The notes under the pieces were generated by a model, which did not search any database, was not told the DNA's origin, and saw nothing but the letters and a program-made list of their open reading frames with translations. From positions 40,245-104,244 of the forward strand of contig JAJYGH010000081.1 of assembly GCA_021785175.1 (NCBI GenBank): a stretch of 64,000 nt of DNA. The letters are read 5' to 3'. Below are positions 10,098 through 19,853 of the stretch, one piece after another. Position numbers and translations under genes: made by a program. This DNA comes from Chloroflexota bacterium. Its GTDB lineage: Bacteria; Chloroflexota; Limnocylindria; Limnocylindrales; CSP1-4. Numbering within the stretch: position 1 is the first letter of the stretch; the number at the start of each line of letters is the position of its first letter.

Positions 10098-10952
10098 ATG
10101 TCTCTCGCCCCGTCGGACCTCTTCTGTCCATCGTGCGGCGGGTACGTCCACCCGTTCCTCGACGCCTGCCCCGCGTGTCGTGGCCGGTCCCATGGCCGAT
10201 ATTCCGAGGCCGCACGGGGCGAGGACCTCGGGCTCGCGCGGCTCCTCCGCCACCCCGTCGTGCTCGAGCGAGTCTCTGCGCTCACCCGGACGTTCGCGCT
10301 CCAGACGGCGCGCGGAGTCGGTGCGCTGTCGGGCGTGCTGGGAACGGAGGAAGAGGAGGAAGCCGATCTGGTCGGCCTCCTCAACTACTTCGCGATCCGC
10401 GCCCGGTACCGCGCGTGGCTGGACCAGGCGTCCCCACAGGACGACCTCCGGCTGCACCTCGAACCCGACCGTCTCGTGCTGCACCGCGCGCGGCCCGCGG
10501 ACACGGTCCTCGACATCGAGCTGCACACCCTTCGCTCGATCGGCCGGCCCGTCGCGAGCGGCGCGCCTGCGCCGGGAGTCCTCATCCACGGGGTGGAGCT
10601 GACAGGCACGCACGCGCGCCAGGGGAGGCCGGTCACGATCCATCTCGGGAACCCGGGCGGCCTGTTCAGCACCAGGGCGCGGCCGGATCATTTCCAGGTG
10701 CTCGGCTGGGCCATCGGCATCCTGGCGGGCATGGCGGCGGAGCGGCGCTGGCGGGACGTCGGTGTTGCGGAGCACGCGCGCGAGATCGGAGAGGCCGGCG
10801 CCGGCGCCGACCCCGGCACCCGCCCCGGCGTCGACGGAGCATTCTCGGTCCCGAGCCTGCCGGACGGGACGCGCGGGCCTTTGGCCGGTGACGCGGCAAC
10901 TGCGGCCGAGGGCGACGGGCGACCGGAAGGGGAGGTGCCGGCGGCCGGCTGA
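10098..10952 (+). CDS. Hypothetical protein with N-terminal zinc ribbon (CPSC-x10-CPAC)
   Basis: Coding-like codon usage; TACCCT box 6 nt upstream of the ATG. Confidence 0.7.
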   Translation: MSLAPSDLFCPSCGGYVHPFLDACPACRGRSHGRYSEAARGEDLGLARLLRHPVVLERVSALTRTFALQTARGVGALSGVLGTEEEEEADLVGLLNYFAIRARYRAWLDQASPQDDLRLHLEPDRLVLHRARPADTVLDIELHTLRSIGRPVASGAPAPGVLIHGVELTGTHARQGRPVTIHLGNPGGLFSTRARPDHFQVLGWAIGILAGMAAERRWRDVGVAEHAREIGEAGAGADPGTRPGVDGAFSVPSLPDGTRGPLAGDAATAAEGDGRPEGEVPAAG

Positions 10953-11041
10953 CCGCGGCACGCCCGAAGCCAGCGGGCGCGCGTCGGGCGTCGGTTGCCG
11001 GTCCTGCCTGCGGTTCGCGTCAGCCCGGGTTCGAGGCGCGT

Positions 11042-11287
11042 TCAGTCCTGCGTGTCCGCCCAGCGACCCGCGAGGTACGTCGCGGCCGCGCGTTCGAGCA
11101 CCCACGCCTGGCACTCGACCTCGACGCACTGATCCGTCCCGGTGCCGCACGAGAACTCACAGTGCCGCGCGATGCGGTCGAGCAGCGCGACGGCTGCGTC
11201 GACGCCGGGCGGCGTCCACGTGCCCGTCACCGACAGCACGGCGGCGGGATCGGGCAGGTCGGGCGGCAGGGACGATCGAGTCGACAT
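11042..11287 (-). CDS. Small (81 aa) Cys-rich hypothetical protein
   Basis: GGAGG RBS before ATG at 11287; HCEFSCGTGTDQCVEVEC motif. Confidence 0.65.
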   Translation of the reverse strand: MSTRSSLPPDLPDPAAVLSVTGTWTPPGVDAAVALLDRIARHCEFSCGTGTDQCVEVECQAWVLERAAATYLAGRWADTQD

Positions 11288-11427
11288 CGAGGACCTCCAG
11301 CGGGAGATCCCGACGTTACGGCCTCGGCCGGACGGCCGGCGAGGGTCGTTCGGCCCGTCCGCGCCCGCTGGAGCGGGCGGGCAGGCTGCGGCCGGTGGCC
11401 GATCGGCGGTGGCCGATCGGCGGCGGA

Positions 11428-12204
11428 TCAAGGAGCAATCCGGTGGATCAGGCTGCTGACCGCGAAGCCGACCGCGGCAGCGCCAAGCCCGATCACGAGC
11501 ATCTGGAGCCCGTTCCTGCGCCAGTCTCCGACGAGCGTGACCGACGAGTAGACGCCGACCCCGAACAGCACGATCGCGCTCAGGACGATCGCGGTGACGA
11601 GAGCCGGCGTGCGCGCCAGGATCACGAACGGCGCCAGCGGGATCAGGTGCCCGATGAGGGTTGCGATCGTGATGACGACGGAGCTGCGGACGATGTCGCC
11701 GTTTCTGACAGGCTGCAGGTGCAATTCCTCATCCATCATCGTCTGCAGCCAGCGATCGCGGTTCGCCGTGATCGTGTCGACGACCTGCTCCAGCAGCTCC
11801 CCGCGGAAACCCTTCGCGGCGTAGATCTCGCGGATCTCCTGGCGCTCGACGTCCGGCACCGTGTCGATCTCGCCGGACTCTCGCTCGCGTTCGGCCAGGT
11901 AGTAGTCACGCTCGGACACTGTCGACGTGTAGCCGACGGCCCCCATCGAGATCGACTCGGTGATCGCGGCCGCGAGCCCGGTGGCGACGAGGATCGGTGT
12001 CGATCCTCCGGCTGCGATGACGCCCAGGATGATCCCGAGGATGTTCACGAGGCCATCCTGGCCCCCCAGGATCACGTCCCGGAGCCAGTTCGTCTCGCGG
12101 TGCATCTCGCGGTGCTCCGGGACTCCGGCTGCGGCGTCGCCACTGGGCTGTACCGCCCGGCCCAGCCTGCTGGCCGGGGCGCGGGCATTCGAGTCGGCTG
12201 CCAC
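11428..12204 (-). CDS. VIT1/CCC1 family iron/manganese transporter
   Basis: LRDVILGGQDGLV, SMGAVGYTS, EIREIYAAKGF, MMDEEL, TM segments; GAGGGAG RBS before GTG 12204. Confidence 0.92.
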   Translation of the reverse strand: MAADSNARAPASRLGRAVQPSGDAAAGVPEHREMHRETNWLRDVILGGQDGLVNILGIILGVIAAGGSTPILVATGLAAAITESISMGAVGYTSTVSERDYYLAERERESGEIDTVPDVERQEIREIYAAKGFRGELLEQVVDTITANRDRWLQTMMDEELHLQPVRNGDIVRSSVVITIATLIGHLIPLAPFVILARTPALVTAIVLSAIVLFGVGVYSSVTLVGDWRRNGLQMLVIGLGAAAVGFAVSSLIHRIAP

Positions 12205-12455
12205 GTGCTCCCTCTGCTGTCGTCGAGTCGAAGGTGCCCTCGCGGGGGCCGCGGGAGCGATGGCATGAGCGCCATCCGCCTTGCATGCGCGGACCACCGG
12301 GGCCGGGCCTGCCCTGGCGGGGTCAGCGGCCCGGCGTCGTTACGTGGCCGCAGCACGTCCCCTGCTGCGTCGCGGTGCCGTTCGCAAGGCCCGGCGCGCC
12401 ACGCTTCGCGCATCCAACCGCGCGAACGTGCTCCCGGCGGCCGGGAGGAGGCAGC

Positions 12456-13319
12456 ATGCACCTGATCACCACGGTCTACGCGCCGGTCCTTGCGCTCTCG
12501 GGACTCGTGCTTCTCCTGGGCGTGATCGCCTGGGCGCGCGACGCCAGGGCCGGAGACCCGGTCGTGGACCACGCGCGCCGCGTATCGCGTGTGCGACAGT
12601 TCGCCGCCGCGGGCCGGCGCGCCGAGGTGCTGGCGGCGTCCGGTGTCGTGGCGCGCGTCCGGAGGCGGCCGCAGCGGCGGATCGTGGGGTGGGTGACCGT
12701 CCGCGCGAGCCTCCGCGCGATCGCACATCGCGTCGATGGCGCGGTCGGGTCGGCCGCGGCGGGAGCCCGGGCGGCCGGTCGCCGATCGCAGGCGCGCATG
12801 TCGCAGGCCCGCAGCCGGGGGGCGGCGAGTTCGTACGGACGGTCGCCGGGCACGACGTGGGCCTCGGGAACCGCCGCGGTGGCGCGCGGGTCGCGCATCG
12901 CCTGGCGCCGGCTGTCGGACGCAGCGGTCCGTGCGGACGCCGCGGCGGTTGCGGCCCAGCGGAAGCTGGTCGGGTCCGTGGAGGAGTGGGCCGCGAGCGT
13001 TCGCGCACGAGCGCGCGACGGCGCACGAACCGACGGGGCACGAACCGACGGCGCACGAACCGACGGCGAACGAACCGACGGGGCACGAAGGCCCGCGCCC
13101 CGCGGGATCCACCTTCCCACGACGGCCGAGATCGAGGCGGCCATCCGCGATGCCGAGGCTGCGGTTCGCGACCGCGTCGTCGCGCCGCACGTCTCCGAGA
13201 CGTCCAACACGCGGATTGCGGTCGACGAGGCCGTCGTGGCCGGTCCGCGCGGCACGCGCGCCGGGACGATCCCCGCCGACGTACTCTCCGCCGAAGGCGA
13301 TCGCCCCAACTCCCGCTGA
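12456..13319 (+). CDS. Hypothetical membrane-anchored Ala/Arg-rich protein
   Basis: GGGAGGAGG RBS; N-terminal TM helix; internal DGART repeats. Confidence 0.55.
   Translation: MHLITTVYAPVLALSGLVLLLGVIAWARDARAGDPVVDHARRVSRVRQFAAAGRRAEVLAASGVVARVRRRPQRRIVGWVTVRASLRAIAHRVDGAVGSAAAGARAAGRRSQARMSQARSRGAASSYGRSPGTTWASGTAAVARGSRIAWRRLSDAAVRADAAAVAAQRKLVGSVEEWAASVRARARDGARTDGARTDGARTDGERTDGARRPAPRGIHLPTTAEIEAAIRDAEAAVRDRVVAPHVSETSNTRIAVDEAVVAGPRGTRAGTIPADVLSAEGDRPNSR
13017..13091 (+). repeat. 15-bp tandem repeat x5 (encodes DGART)
   Basis: gacgg(c/g)g(c/a)acgaacc repeated five times. Confidence 0.9.
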
Positions 13320-13559
13320 CGCCGATCGGCCCATTCCGCGGCGGGCGCCGCTGACCCCTGCGCGTCCCGTGGGTTCACGCAGCGGCGGACGCCGACGGCG
13401 AGACCCCCGCTCAGGCCGGCGCCGCTTGCGGCGATTCGCTCGCGCCGTCGCACGCGGTCGGACGATCCTTGACATAATCCTGCCGGCGGCTGTTCCAGTT
13501 TCACGTCCGCCGCCTCCTCACCCACAGCTCGGGGCGCAGATGACGGACCTTCCTGCACG

Positions 13560-14864
13560 GTGACGACCGAGGAGACCACCACGACGCGGGGCGCGACCCC
13601 GGCGGAAGCGCCGTCCCCGACCAGGCTCGGCCGCCGCAACGAGCGGCTGATGATGATCGGGGTCGTGGGCTACAGCATCCTCGTCGTCCTCCTGATGTTC
13701 TTCCGCGGCGTCGAGATCACGCCCGACGTCATGGCGGTGGCGTTCGGTCTGGGCGCAGTGATCCTCGGTCGCGGCCGGCTCTTCCTGCGCGACTGGCTCC
13801 CGTTCGTCGTCCTGTTCCTGGCGTACGAGCTCATGCGCGGCCTGGCGGACAACGTCGGGCTGCCGGTCCACATCACCGACATGGTGACCGCCGAGCGGCT
13901 CGTCGCGCTCGGGCACATCCCGTCGCAGATCCTGCAGGATGCCTTCCACCCGGCGCACGGCGTCGACATCGTCGCCGAGTTCGCGACCGTGGTGTACATG
14001 CTCCACTTCGCGCTGCCGCTCGTGACCGGCTTCATCCTGTGGGTCTGGCGCCGTAGCCACTACTACGACTTCGTGGCGGCGCTGATCCTGCTGAGCCTGG
14101 TGGGCTTCGTGACGTTCGTGCTGATCCCCACCGCACCGCCCTGGTACGCGGCCCAGGTCGGGGCCCTCAACGGCCCGAACGGCCACCCCGTCATCTCGTA
14201 TCTCAAGCCGGGCGCGTTCGACACGCTGGCGAACTTCTTCGGGTTCAAGTCCGACTACATCTACACCTACGTGTTCTACGACGTGAACCCGAACGGGTTT
14301 GCGGCGTGGCCGTCGCTCCACGTCGGCTATCCGTTCCTGTCGTTCCTCGTGCTGCGGCGCGCGTTCGGCAAGATCGGCTGGATCGGCTTCATCTACACGC
14401 TGCTCGTCGCGTTCTCCGTGATGTACACCGGCGACCACTGGCTCATCGACGCGATCGGCGGCGTCTCGTACGCCTACGTCTCCTACTACGCGATCACGCG
14501 CGCCTCCGTCGTCCAGCGCCGCCTCGCGGCACTGCGAGACGACACCCTCTCGACCGGCGGCATGGGAAGCTTCCGGGGGTGGGTGACGTCCCTGCCGTCG
14601 TCGGTCTCCTGGCCGATGCTCCTGCTCGGCATCGGCGTCGCACTCGCCGGCGTGAGCGGCGTCCAGGCCATGGAGCACTCGGGCGAGACGGCCACCTGGC
14701 TCTACCTCGTGCCGTGGGCGATCGTCCTCGCGGGCGTGTGGCTCATCGCGGTTGCCGTGCTCAGGCATCGCGCTCCCGCGCCCCGGACCGGGGCCGCCGT
14801 TGCGGTGCCGGCCGACGATCCCCCCGATCGCACCGATGCCCCGCCCCCGGAGGCGGCCGGGTGA
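13560..14864 (+). CDS. PAP2-superfamily membrane protein (Aur1/inositol-phosphoceramide synthase-like, PAP2_3)
   Basis: Multiple TMs; PTAPPW, NPNGFAAWPSLHVG, GDHWLID motifs. Confidence 0.85.
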   Translation: MTTEETTTTRGATPAEAPSPTRLGRRNERLMMIGVVGYSILVVLLMFFRGVEITPDVMAVAFGLGAVILGRGRLFLRDWLPFVVLFLAYELMRGLADNVGLPVHITDMVTAERLVALGHIPSQILQDAFHPAHGVDIVAEFATVVYMLHFALPLVTGFILWVWRRSHYYDFVAALILLSLVGFVTFVLIPTAPPWYAAQVGALNGPNGHPVISYLKPGAFDTLANFFGFKSDYIYTYVFYDVNPNGFAAWPSLHVGYPFLSFLVLRRAFGKIGWIGFIYTLLVAFSVMYTGDHWLIDAIGGVSYAYVSYYAITRASVVQRRLAALRDDTLSTGGMGSFRGWVTSLPSSVSWPMLLLGIGVALAGVSGVQAMEHSGETATWLYLVPWAIVLAGVWLIAVAVLRHRAPAPRTGAAVAVPADDPPDRTDAPPPEAAG

Positions 14865-15871
14865 GCACGATGGACGACCGCGGTTGCGTCATGCGATACG
14901 ACGCGGCCCGGACGCGCGCCGGGAACGAGCGGCGGCGGCAGGGGCTGCCCGCGCCGGCCGAGGCGTCGCTTGGCGTCATCGGCGGCTCGGGCCTGTACGA
15001 GATCGAGGGGCTGGGTGACGTCGTCGAGGTCCGGCCCGAGACGCCCTACGGTCCGCCGTCCGATGCGCTCGTCGTGGGGACGCTCGGCAACACGCGCGTC
15101 GCGTTCCTTCCGCGCCACGGCCGGGGGCACCGCCTGACACCCTCCGAGGTCCCGTACCGCGCCAACGTGTACGCGCTCAAGCTGCTGGGCGTGGGCGAGG
15201 TCGTCGCGGTGTCGGCGTGCGGGTCCCTGAAGGAGGAGATCCGGCCGCGCGACGTCGTGGTCCCCGACCAGTTCATCGACCGCACGAAGAACCGGCCGGC
15301 GACGCTGTACGGGGGCGGGGTCGTCGTGCACGTCGCGTTCGCCGATCCCTTCTGCCCGACGCTCTCGGCCCGGCTCGCCGTCCTCGCCGAGGCCGTCTTC
15401 GAGCAGTCGGACCGCGAGGCCGGCGTGGCGGGCACGGACGTGGCGCGGCGAGTGCATCGCGGCGGCACGTATGTCGCGATGGAGGGGCCGCAGTTCTCGA
15501 CCCGCGCGGAGTCGAACCTCTACCGCAGCTGGGGAGCGAGCGTCATCGGGATGACGGGTCTCCCCGAGGCGAAGCTGGCTCGCGAGGCCGAGCTGTGCTA
15601 CGGGATGCTCGCCTACGCGACGGACTACGACTGCTGGCACGAAGGCGAGGAGGCGGTGACCGTCGCCCAGGTCGTCGGGAACCTCGGCGCGAACGTCGCG
15701 TCCGCACGTTCGATCCTCACTCGGCTCGCGTCCGACGGACTGCCGACGCGCGACGCCTGCGGATGCGCCGCGGCCCTCGAGAACGCGATCCAGACCGACC
15801 CCGCCTCGCTCGACCGGGCGCGGGTGCGCGAGCTTTCGTTGCTCCTTGGCGGCCAGCTTCCGACCGACTGA
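14861..15871 (+). CDS. mtnP: S-methyl-5'-thioadenosine phosphorylase
   Basis: GVIGGSGLY, FLPRHGRGH, SACGSL, PDQFIDRT, EGPQFSTRAES, GMTGLPEAKLAREAE, TDYDCW. Start may be 14870 or 14891. Confidence 0.95.
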   Translation: MSTMDDRGCVMRYDAARTRAGNERRRQGLPAPAEASLGVIGGSGLYEIEGLGDVVEVRPETPYGPPSDALVVGTLGNTRVAFLPRHGRGHRLTPSEVPYRANVYALKLLGVGEVVAVSACGSLKEEIRPRDVVVPDQFIDRTKNRPATLYGGGVVVHVAFADPFCPTLSARLAVLAEAVFEQSDREAGVAGTDVARRVHRGGTYVAMEGPQFSTRAESNLYRSWGASVIGMTGLPEAKLAREAELCYGMLAYATDYDCWHEGEEAVTVAQVVGNLGANVASARSILTRLASDGLPTRDACGCAAALENAIQTDPASLDRARVRELSLLLGGQLPTD

Positions 15872-16730
15872 CGGGGGCGGAAGGCCGCCCCCGCCGCTGA
15901 TCGACACCGCCGGCCTCCGGGCGCTGCTCGGCGACCCGGCGACCCGGATCGTCGACGCGCGCTGGTACCTCGGACGCCCCGGCGAAGGGCGCGCGGCGTA
16001 CGAGCGCGGGCACGTCCCGGGGGCCATCCACCTCGATCTCGACGACGACCTCAGCGTGCCCGGCGGACCCGGCCGGCATCCGCTCCCCGATCCCGCGGCG
16101 TTCGCCCGGCGAATGGGCGGGGCGGGGATCGGGGTGGAGCACCGGGTGGTGGCGTACGACGACGCCGGCGGGTGGGTCGGTGCCCGGCTGTGGTGGATGC
16201 TCGAGCGGCTGGGGCACCCGTGGGTCCGCGTGCTCGACGGTGGGATCGGCGCGTGGATGGCGGCGGGGGGCCCGCTCGTGACGGAGGTGCCGGCGTGGCC
16301 CGAGGCCAGCTTCGAGCCACGGTCCGGCTGGTCCGGCACGATCGATCGTGACGAGCTCCGCCGCCGGCTCGGGACGGTGGTGCTGCTCGACGCGCGGGCG
16401 GCCGCGCGATACCGGGGCGAGGTCGAGCCGATCGACCCGGCGGCGGGCCACATCCCGACGGCGTTGAGCGCGCCCTACGAGCAGAACCTCGGGCCGGACG
16501 GCCGCTTCCTGCCCGTCGAGGCCCTCGCGGCACGGTTCCAGGACCTCGGCGCGGACGGCACGACCGAGGTCGTGACGTACTGCGGGAGCGGCACGTCAGC
16601 GCTCCACCATGCGCTCGCGATGCGGCTGCTCGGGCTCCCCGATCCCACGCTGTACGTCGGCTCGTGGAGCGACTGGAGCACGGCGGGGTATCCCGTCGCG
16701 ACGGGGCCCGAGCCGGGCGAGCCGGGATGA
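15846..16730 (+). CDS. sseA: Tandem-domain sulfurtransferase (rhodanese / 3-mercaptopyruvate sulfurtransferase)
   Basis: GHVPGA, GRHPLP, GHIPTA, active loop YCGSGTSA, LYVGSWSDW. Start uncertain. Confidence 0.9.
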   Translation: MAASFRPTDGGGRPPPPLIDTAGLRALLGDPATRIVDARWYLGRPGEGRAAYERGHVPGAIHLDLDDDLSVPGGPGRHPLPDPAAFARRMGGAGIGVEHRVVAYDDAGGWVGARLWWMLERLGHPWVRVLDGGIGAWMAAGGPLVTEVPAWPEASFEPRSGWSGTIDRDELRRRLGTVVLLDARAAARYRGEVEPIDPAAGHIPTALSAPYEQNLGPDGRFLPVEALAARFQDLGADGTTEVVTYCGSGTSALHHALAMRLLGLPDPTLYVGSWSDWSTAGYPVATGPEPGEPG

Positions 16731-17076
16731 TGGGCCGGGCGCGTCGGGGCCGAGTCCGCGTCCCGCTCCCGATCGCCGTGCCCGCGCACGCCGCCGCCAC
16801 CCTGCTCCGGCCCGGCGACACCGTCGCCGTCCACCGGCCTGGTCATCCCGACCGGCGCCGCCGGATCGCCGGTCCCGTCACCGTCCTGGCGGCCAGGCCG
16901 GCCTCGCGACGACCCTCCCGCCCGCGGCAGCTCCGCTCGTGGCCGCGTGCTCGTCGGGACGGTGCACGGCGTCGTCGAAGTGTCCGTCGGCTGACGGTCC
17001 CCGGTTCCTCCAGGGGCCGCCTGTCGCGCCGCCTCCGATCACGCCGGGTGGGTTGACGCCGGCTCGCGCCCGCGCT

Positions 17077-17352
17077 TCAGCGCGCGCTCGACCCGCCGGC
17101 GACAGCGGGCAGGACGTGCACGACGCCGTGCGCCGGGACGGGCGTGGACAGGTCGGCCGGATGCGTGTCGACGAACACGTTGATGTACTCGCGGAGGGCC
17201 GGACCGGGCACGCAGAGCCGGTCACGCATCCCCGGCCACCGCGCGTCGAGCGCGTCGATCACCTCCGCGACCGTCGACCCGTCGACGGACACCCGGCGGT
17301 CCGCGCCCGGGAACAGCGCGACCAGTGAGCGCGGCAGGACCACGGTCACCAT
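17077..17352 (-). CDS. MoaD/ThiS family ubiquitin-like sulfur carrier with C-terminal extension (AVAGG-SSAR)
   Basis: TVAEVIDALDARWPGM..., INVFVD, VHVLPAVAGG; 91 aa. Confidence 0.88.
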   Translation of the reverse strand: MVTVVLPRSLVALFPGADRRVSVDGSTVAEVIDALDARWPGMRDRLCVPGPALREYINVFVDTHPADLSTPVPAHGVVHVLPAVAGGSSAR

Positions 17353-17371
17353 CTCGTGGTCGTCCCCGCCA

Positions 17372-18451
17372 TCAGGCGGGCACGACGGCCGTCTCGACCG
17401 AGTAGATCGGCGGCAGGAGATCCGCGATCCGGCTCCAGTGGGCGCCCTCGTCGCGGCTCGCGAACACCTGTCCCGTGTTCGTGCCGAAGTAGATGCCGAA
17501 GGGATCGAGCGTGTCGACGGCCATCCCCTCGCGGAGCACGCCGAGGTACGCGCCATCCTGCGGGAGCCCGTCCCGCAGGTCGCGCCACGTCCGCCCCGCG
17601 TCCGACGTCGTCCACACCGCCATCCGCCCGTCGGGCACGAACCGGCCCTGCTCCGCACCGTTGAGCGGGATGCTGAAGACGGTCTCGGGATCGCGAGGAT
17701 GCGCGACCATCGGGAACCCGAAGGTCGACGGGAGGCCGTCGTCGAGGCACAGCCACGACTTCCCGGCGTCGTCGCTGCGGTACGTCCCGCAGTGGTTCTG
17801 CTGGTAGAGGCGATCCGGCATCCCCGGTGCGAGCGCCATCTTGTGGACGCACTGGCCGGTCTCGGGGTATTTCTCGGGCATGTAGTCCGCCCGCACCCCG
17901 CGGTTGCGCGCCTCCCACGTGGCGCCCCCGTCCTCCGTCGCGAAACAGCCCACGGAGGAGATCCCGACCCACATCCGATCGGGGTGCTCCGGATGCGCGA
18001 GCACCGTGTGGCAGATCAGGCCACCGTTGCCCGGTTGCCAGCCCGGCCGCGTGGGGTGATCGCGCAGGCCCGAGACGTGTGACCAGGTCGCGCCGCCGTC
18101 GCCAGACCGGAACAGCCCAGCCGGCTCGACGCCCGCGTACAGCGCACCGTGGGCCGGCGTGATGTGCCAGACCGAGCGCAACGGAGCTTCGTCGGGCCCG
18201 TAGTTGAGCCCCGCGCTCGAGTGCGTCCAGGTCTCGCCGAGGTCGTCGCTGCGCCACACGGCGGCGCCGAACCACGGGTTGCCACCGCCCGCGTACACCG
18301 CCCCCGTCGCCGGATCGTGACAGATGTGGTTGATCGGCCAGCCCTCGCACAGCGGCCCGCGGACCTGCCACGCGTCCGACGTGCCCGCGCCTTCCTCGAG
18401 GATGAAGGCGCCCTTCTTCGTCCCGACCAACAGGAGCACACGCTCGTCCAC
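17372..18451 (-). CDS. BNR/Asp-box repeat beta-propeller (sialidase-like/WD40-YVTN) protein
   Basis: LLVGTKKGAF start; repeated SxDxGxTW boxes (RSDDLGETW, RSGDGGATW, TEDGGATW, RSDDAGKSW, TSDAGRTW, SRDEGAHW). Confidence 0.9.
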   Translation of the reverse strand: MDERVLLLVGTKKGAFILEEGAGTSDAWQVRGPLCEGWPINHICHDPATGAVYAGGGNPWFGAAVWRSDDLGETWTHSSAGLNYGPDEAPLRSVWHITPAHGALYAGVEPAGLFRSGDGGATWSHVSGLRDHPTRPGWQPGNGGLICHTVLAHPEHPDRMWVGISSVGCFATEDGGATWEARNRGVRADYMPEKYPETGQCVHKMALAPGMPDRLYQQNHCGTYRSDDAGKSWLCLDDGLPSTFGFPMVAHPRDPETVFSIPLNGAEQGRFVPDGRMAVWTTSDAGRTWRDLRDGLPQDGAYLGVLREGMAVDTLDPFGIYFGTNTGQVFASRDEGAHWSRIADLLPPIYSVETAVVPA

Positions 18452-18598
18452 TGACGCCCCCCTGACGTGCCGTCGCCGCCGGTTCGCCGCGCAGAAGCGC
18501 GGAGCGGCCGACGATAGCACGCGTCGCCCGGATCGGCGGGGGCAGCGCAACCCGGCGCCGGCCGCGGGCCCGTTCCGGCACGAGGCCGGCGGGCGCCC

Positions 18599-19579
18599 TC
18601 AGCTCGCGATCGAGACCGGCAGCGGGGCGTCCACGTCGGGCGCCGCCAGGTCGAGCTCGTCGAGCGCGCGCAGGCCACCGCGGGGCCTCCCCGCGCTCGT
18701 GGCGCCGGTCATCGCGTCGCCGAGGGTGTAGTAGCGCCGGTAGTCGGCCGGGGACATCGAGCTGTACCGGTAGAACACCTTGTAGAACTGGTGGATGTTC
18801 GTGTAGCCGACGATCCGCGCGATGTCGCAGACGTTGACGTCGGTTCCGAGGAGGAGCCGCCGGGCCTCCGCGAGCCGGACGTTCGTCAGGTATTCCTTGA
18901 AGCCGACGTTCGTCACCTCCTTGAAGAGGTGCCGGACGCGCGACGGGCTGACGTGCACGAACGCGGACACGTCCTCGAGCGTCACGTTCTCCCGGAAGTG
19001 GTCCTCGACGTAGCACAGGACGGGGCGGACCTGCTCGAGCCGGTCCGCATCCCCGAGGCCCTGGCCGATCGCGGCCGGCCGCCAGTCGCTGACGAGGAGG
19101 CCGAGCACGCGGCGGAGGTTCGCGTCGAGGAGATGGCGATCCGCTCGTTCGCGGCGCTCCCACGTGACCCGCAGATCCTCGAATGTGTCCGCGAGTTTCG
19201 CGGCGAGGGGCGTTCCGTGCCGGATCGGGTTCGACAGCGCGCTCTGCCTCGTGAACGGGGCCAGGTACTCGGCATCGAACGGCCGGGACCCGGGCGGCGC
19301 GATGAGCTCGGGCAGGAACAGCAGGAGCTGGAGCCGCAGCGGGTCCGGCCCGTCGGTGACCGCGACGTGTGGCTCGGAGTAGTCGACCACGACGACGTCG
19401 CCGGGCTCGACCGGGACCGGGCGTCGCCCGAACAGGAACCGTCCCGTCCCCTCCAGGCACAGCGCGATCTCCATGTAGTCGTGCCAGTGCAGCCGCGCCT
19501 CTTCCTCGGACGTCTGGTAATCGAGAATCGATAGAGGAAAGTCGCGGTCGAGCGGGTAGTGCCAGACGTAGACGGCCAC
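18599..19579 (-). CDS. AraC family transcriptional regulator (cupin sensor + HTH)
   Basis: HWHDYMEI cupin; RLAEARRLL...IARIVGYTNIHQFYKVF...SPADYR. Confidence 0.93.
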   Translation of the reverse strand: MAVYVWHYPLDRDFPLSILDYQTSEEEARLHWHDYMEIALCLEGTGRFLFGRRPVPVEPGDVVVVDYSEPHVAVTDGPDPLRLQLLLFLPELIAPPGSRPFDAEYLAPFTRQSALSNPIRHGTPLAAKLADTFEDLRVTWERRERADRHLLDANLRRVLGLLVSDWRPAAIGQGLGDADRLEQVRPVLCYVEDHFRENVTLEDVSAFVHVSPSRVRHLFKEVTNVGFKEYLTNVRLAEARRLLLGTDVNVCDIARIVGYTNIHQFYKVFYRYSSMSPADYRRYYTLGDAMTGATSAGRPRGGLRALDELDLAAPDVDAPLPVSIAS

Positions 19580-19853
19580 GTGGAGGACGCTCCTCGGTCA
19601 CGATGCCCCGCGGGACCAGCGGGGCCACGGTCGCGACCGATCATCGGGCCTTTCGGCGGACAGCAGGAGGGCCGTTCGGCCCGAATCGCCCACGCGAAGG
19701 TGGGGTGCCGGGCTGCGGCAGCCGGTCCTGCCAGTTTCTCGGCCAGATGTGACATTGCCGCCTCGTTCGGCGAGCCGCAGATTGGGGTGAGGGGATCGAG
19801 TGATCGCTCGCCGCGCTGCCCCGATTCGCGCGCGGCGACGGATGGGAGAGACG

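Noticed and set aside
13567-13645. SAH-riboswitch-like ends (CCGAGGAG ... CCAGGCTCGG ... CAACG) upstream of mtnP
   Set aside because: The conserved GAGCGYUGC core and its pseudoknot complement are missing, and the stretch lies inside the PAP2 coding region. An Infernal search would settle it.
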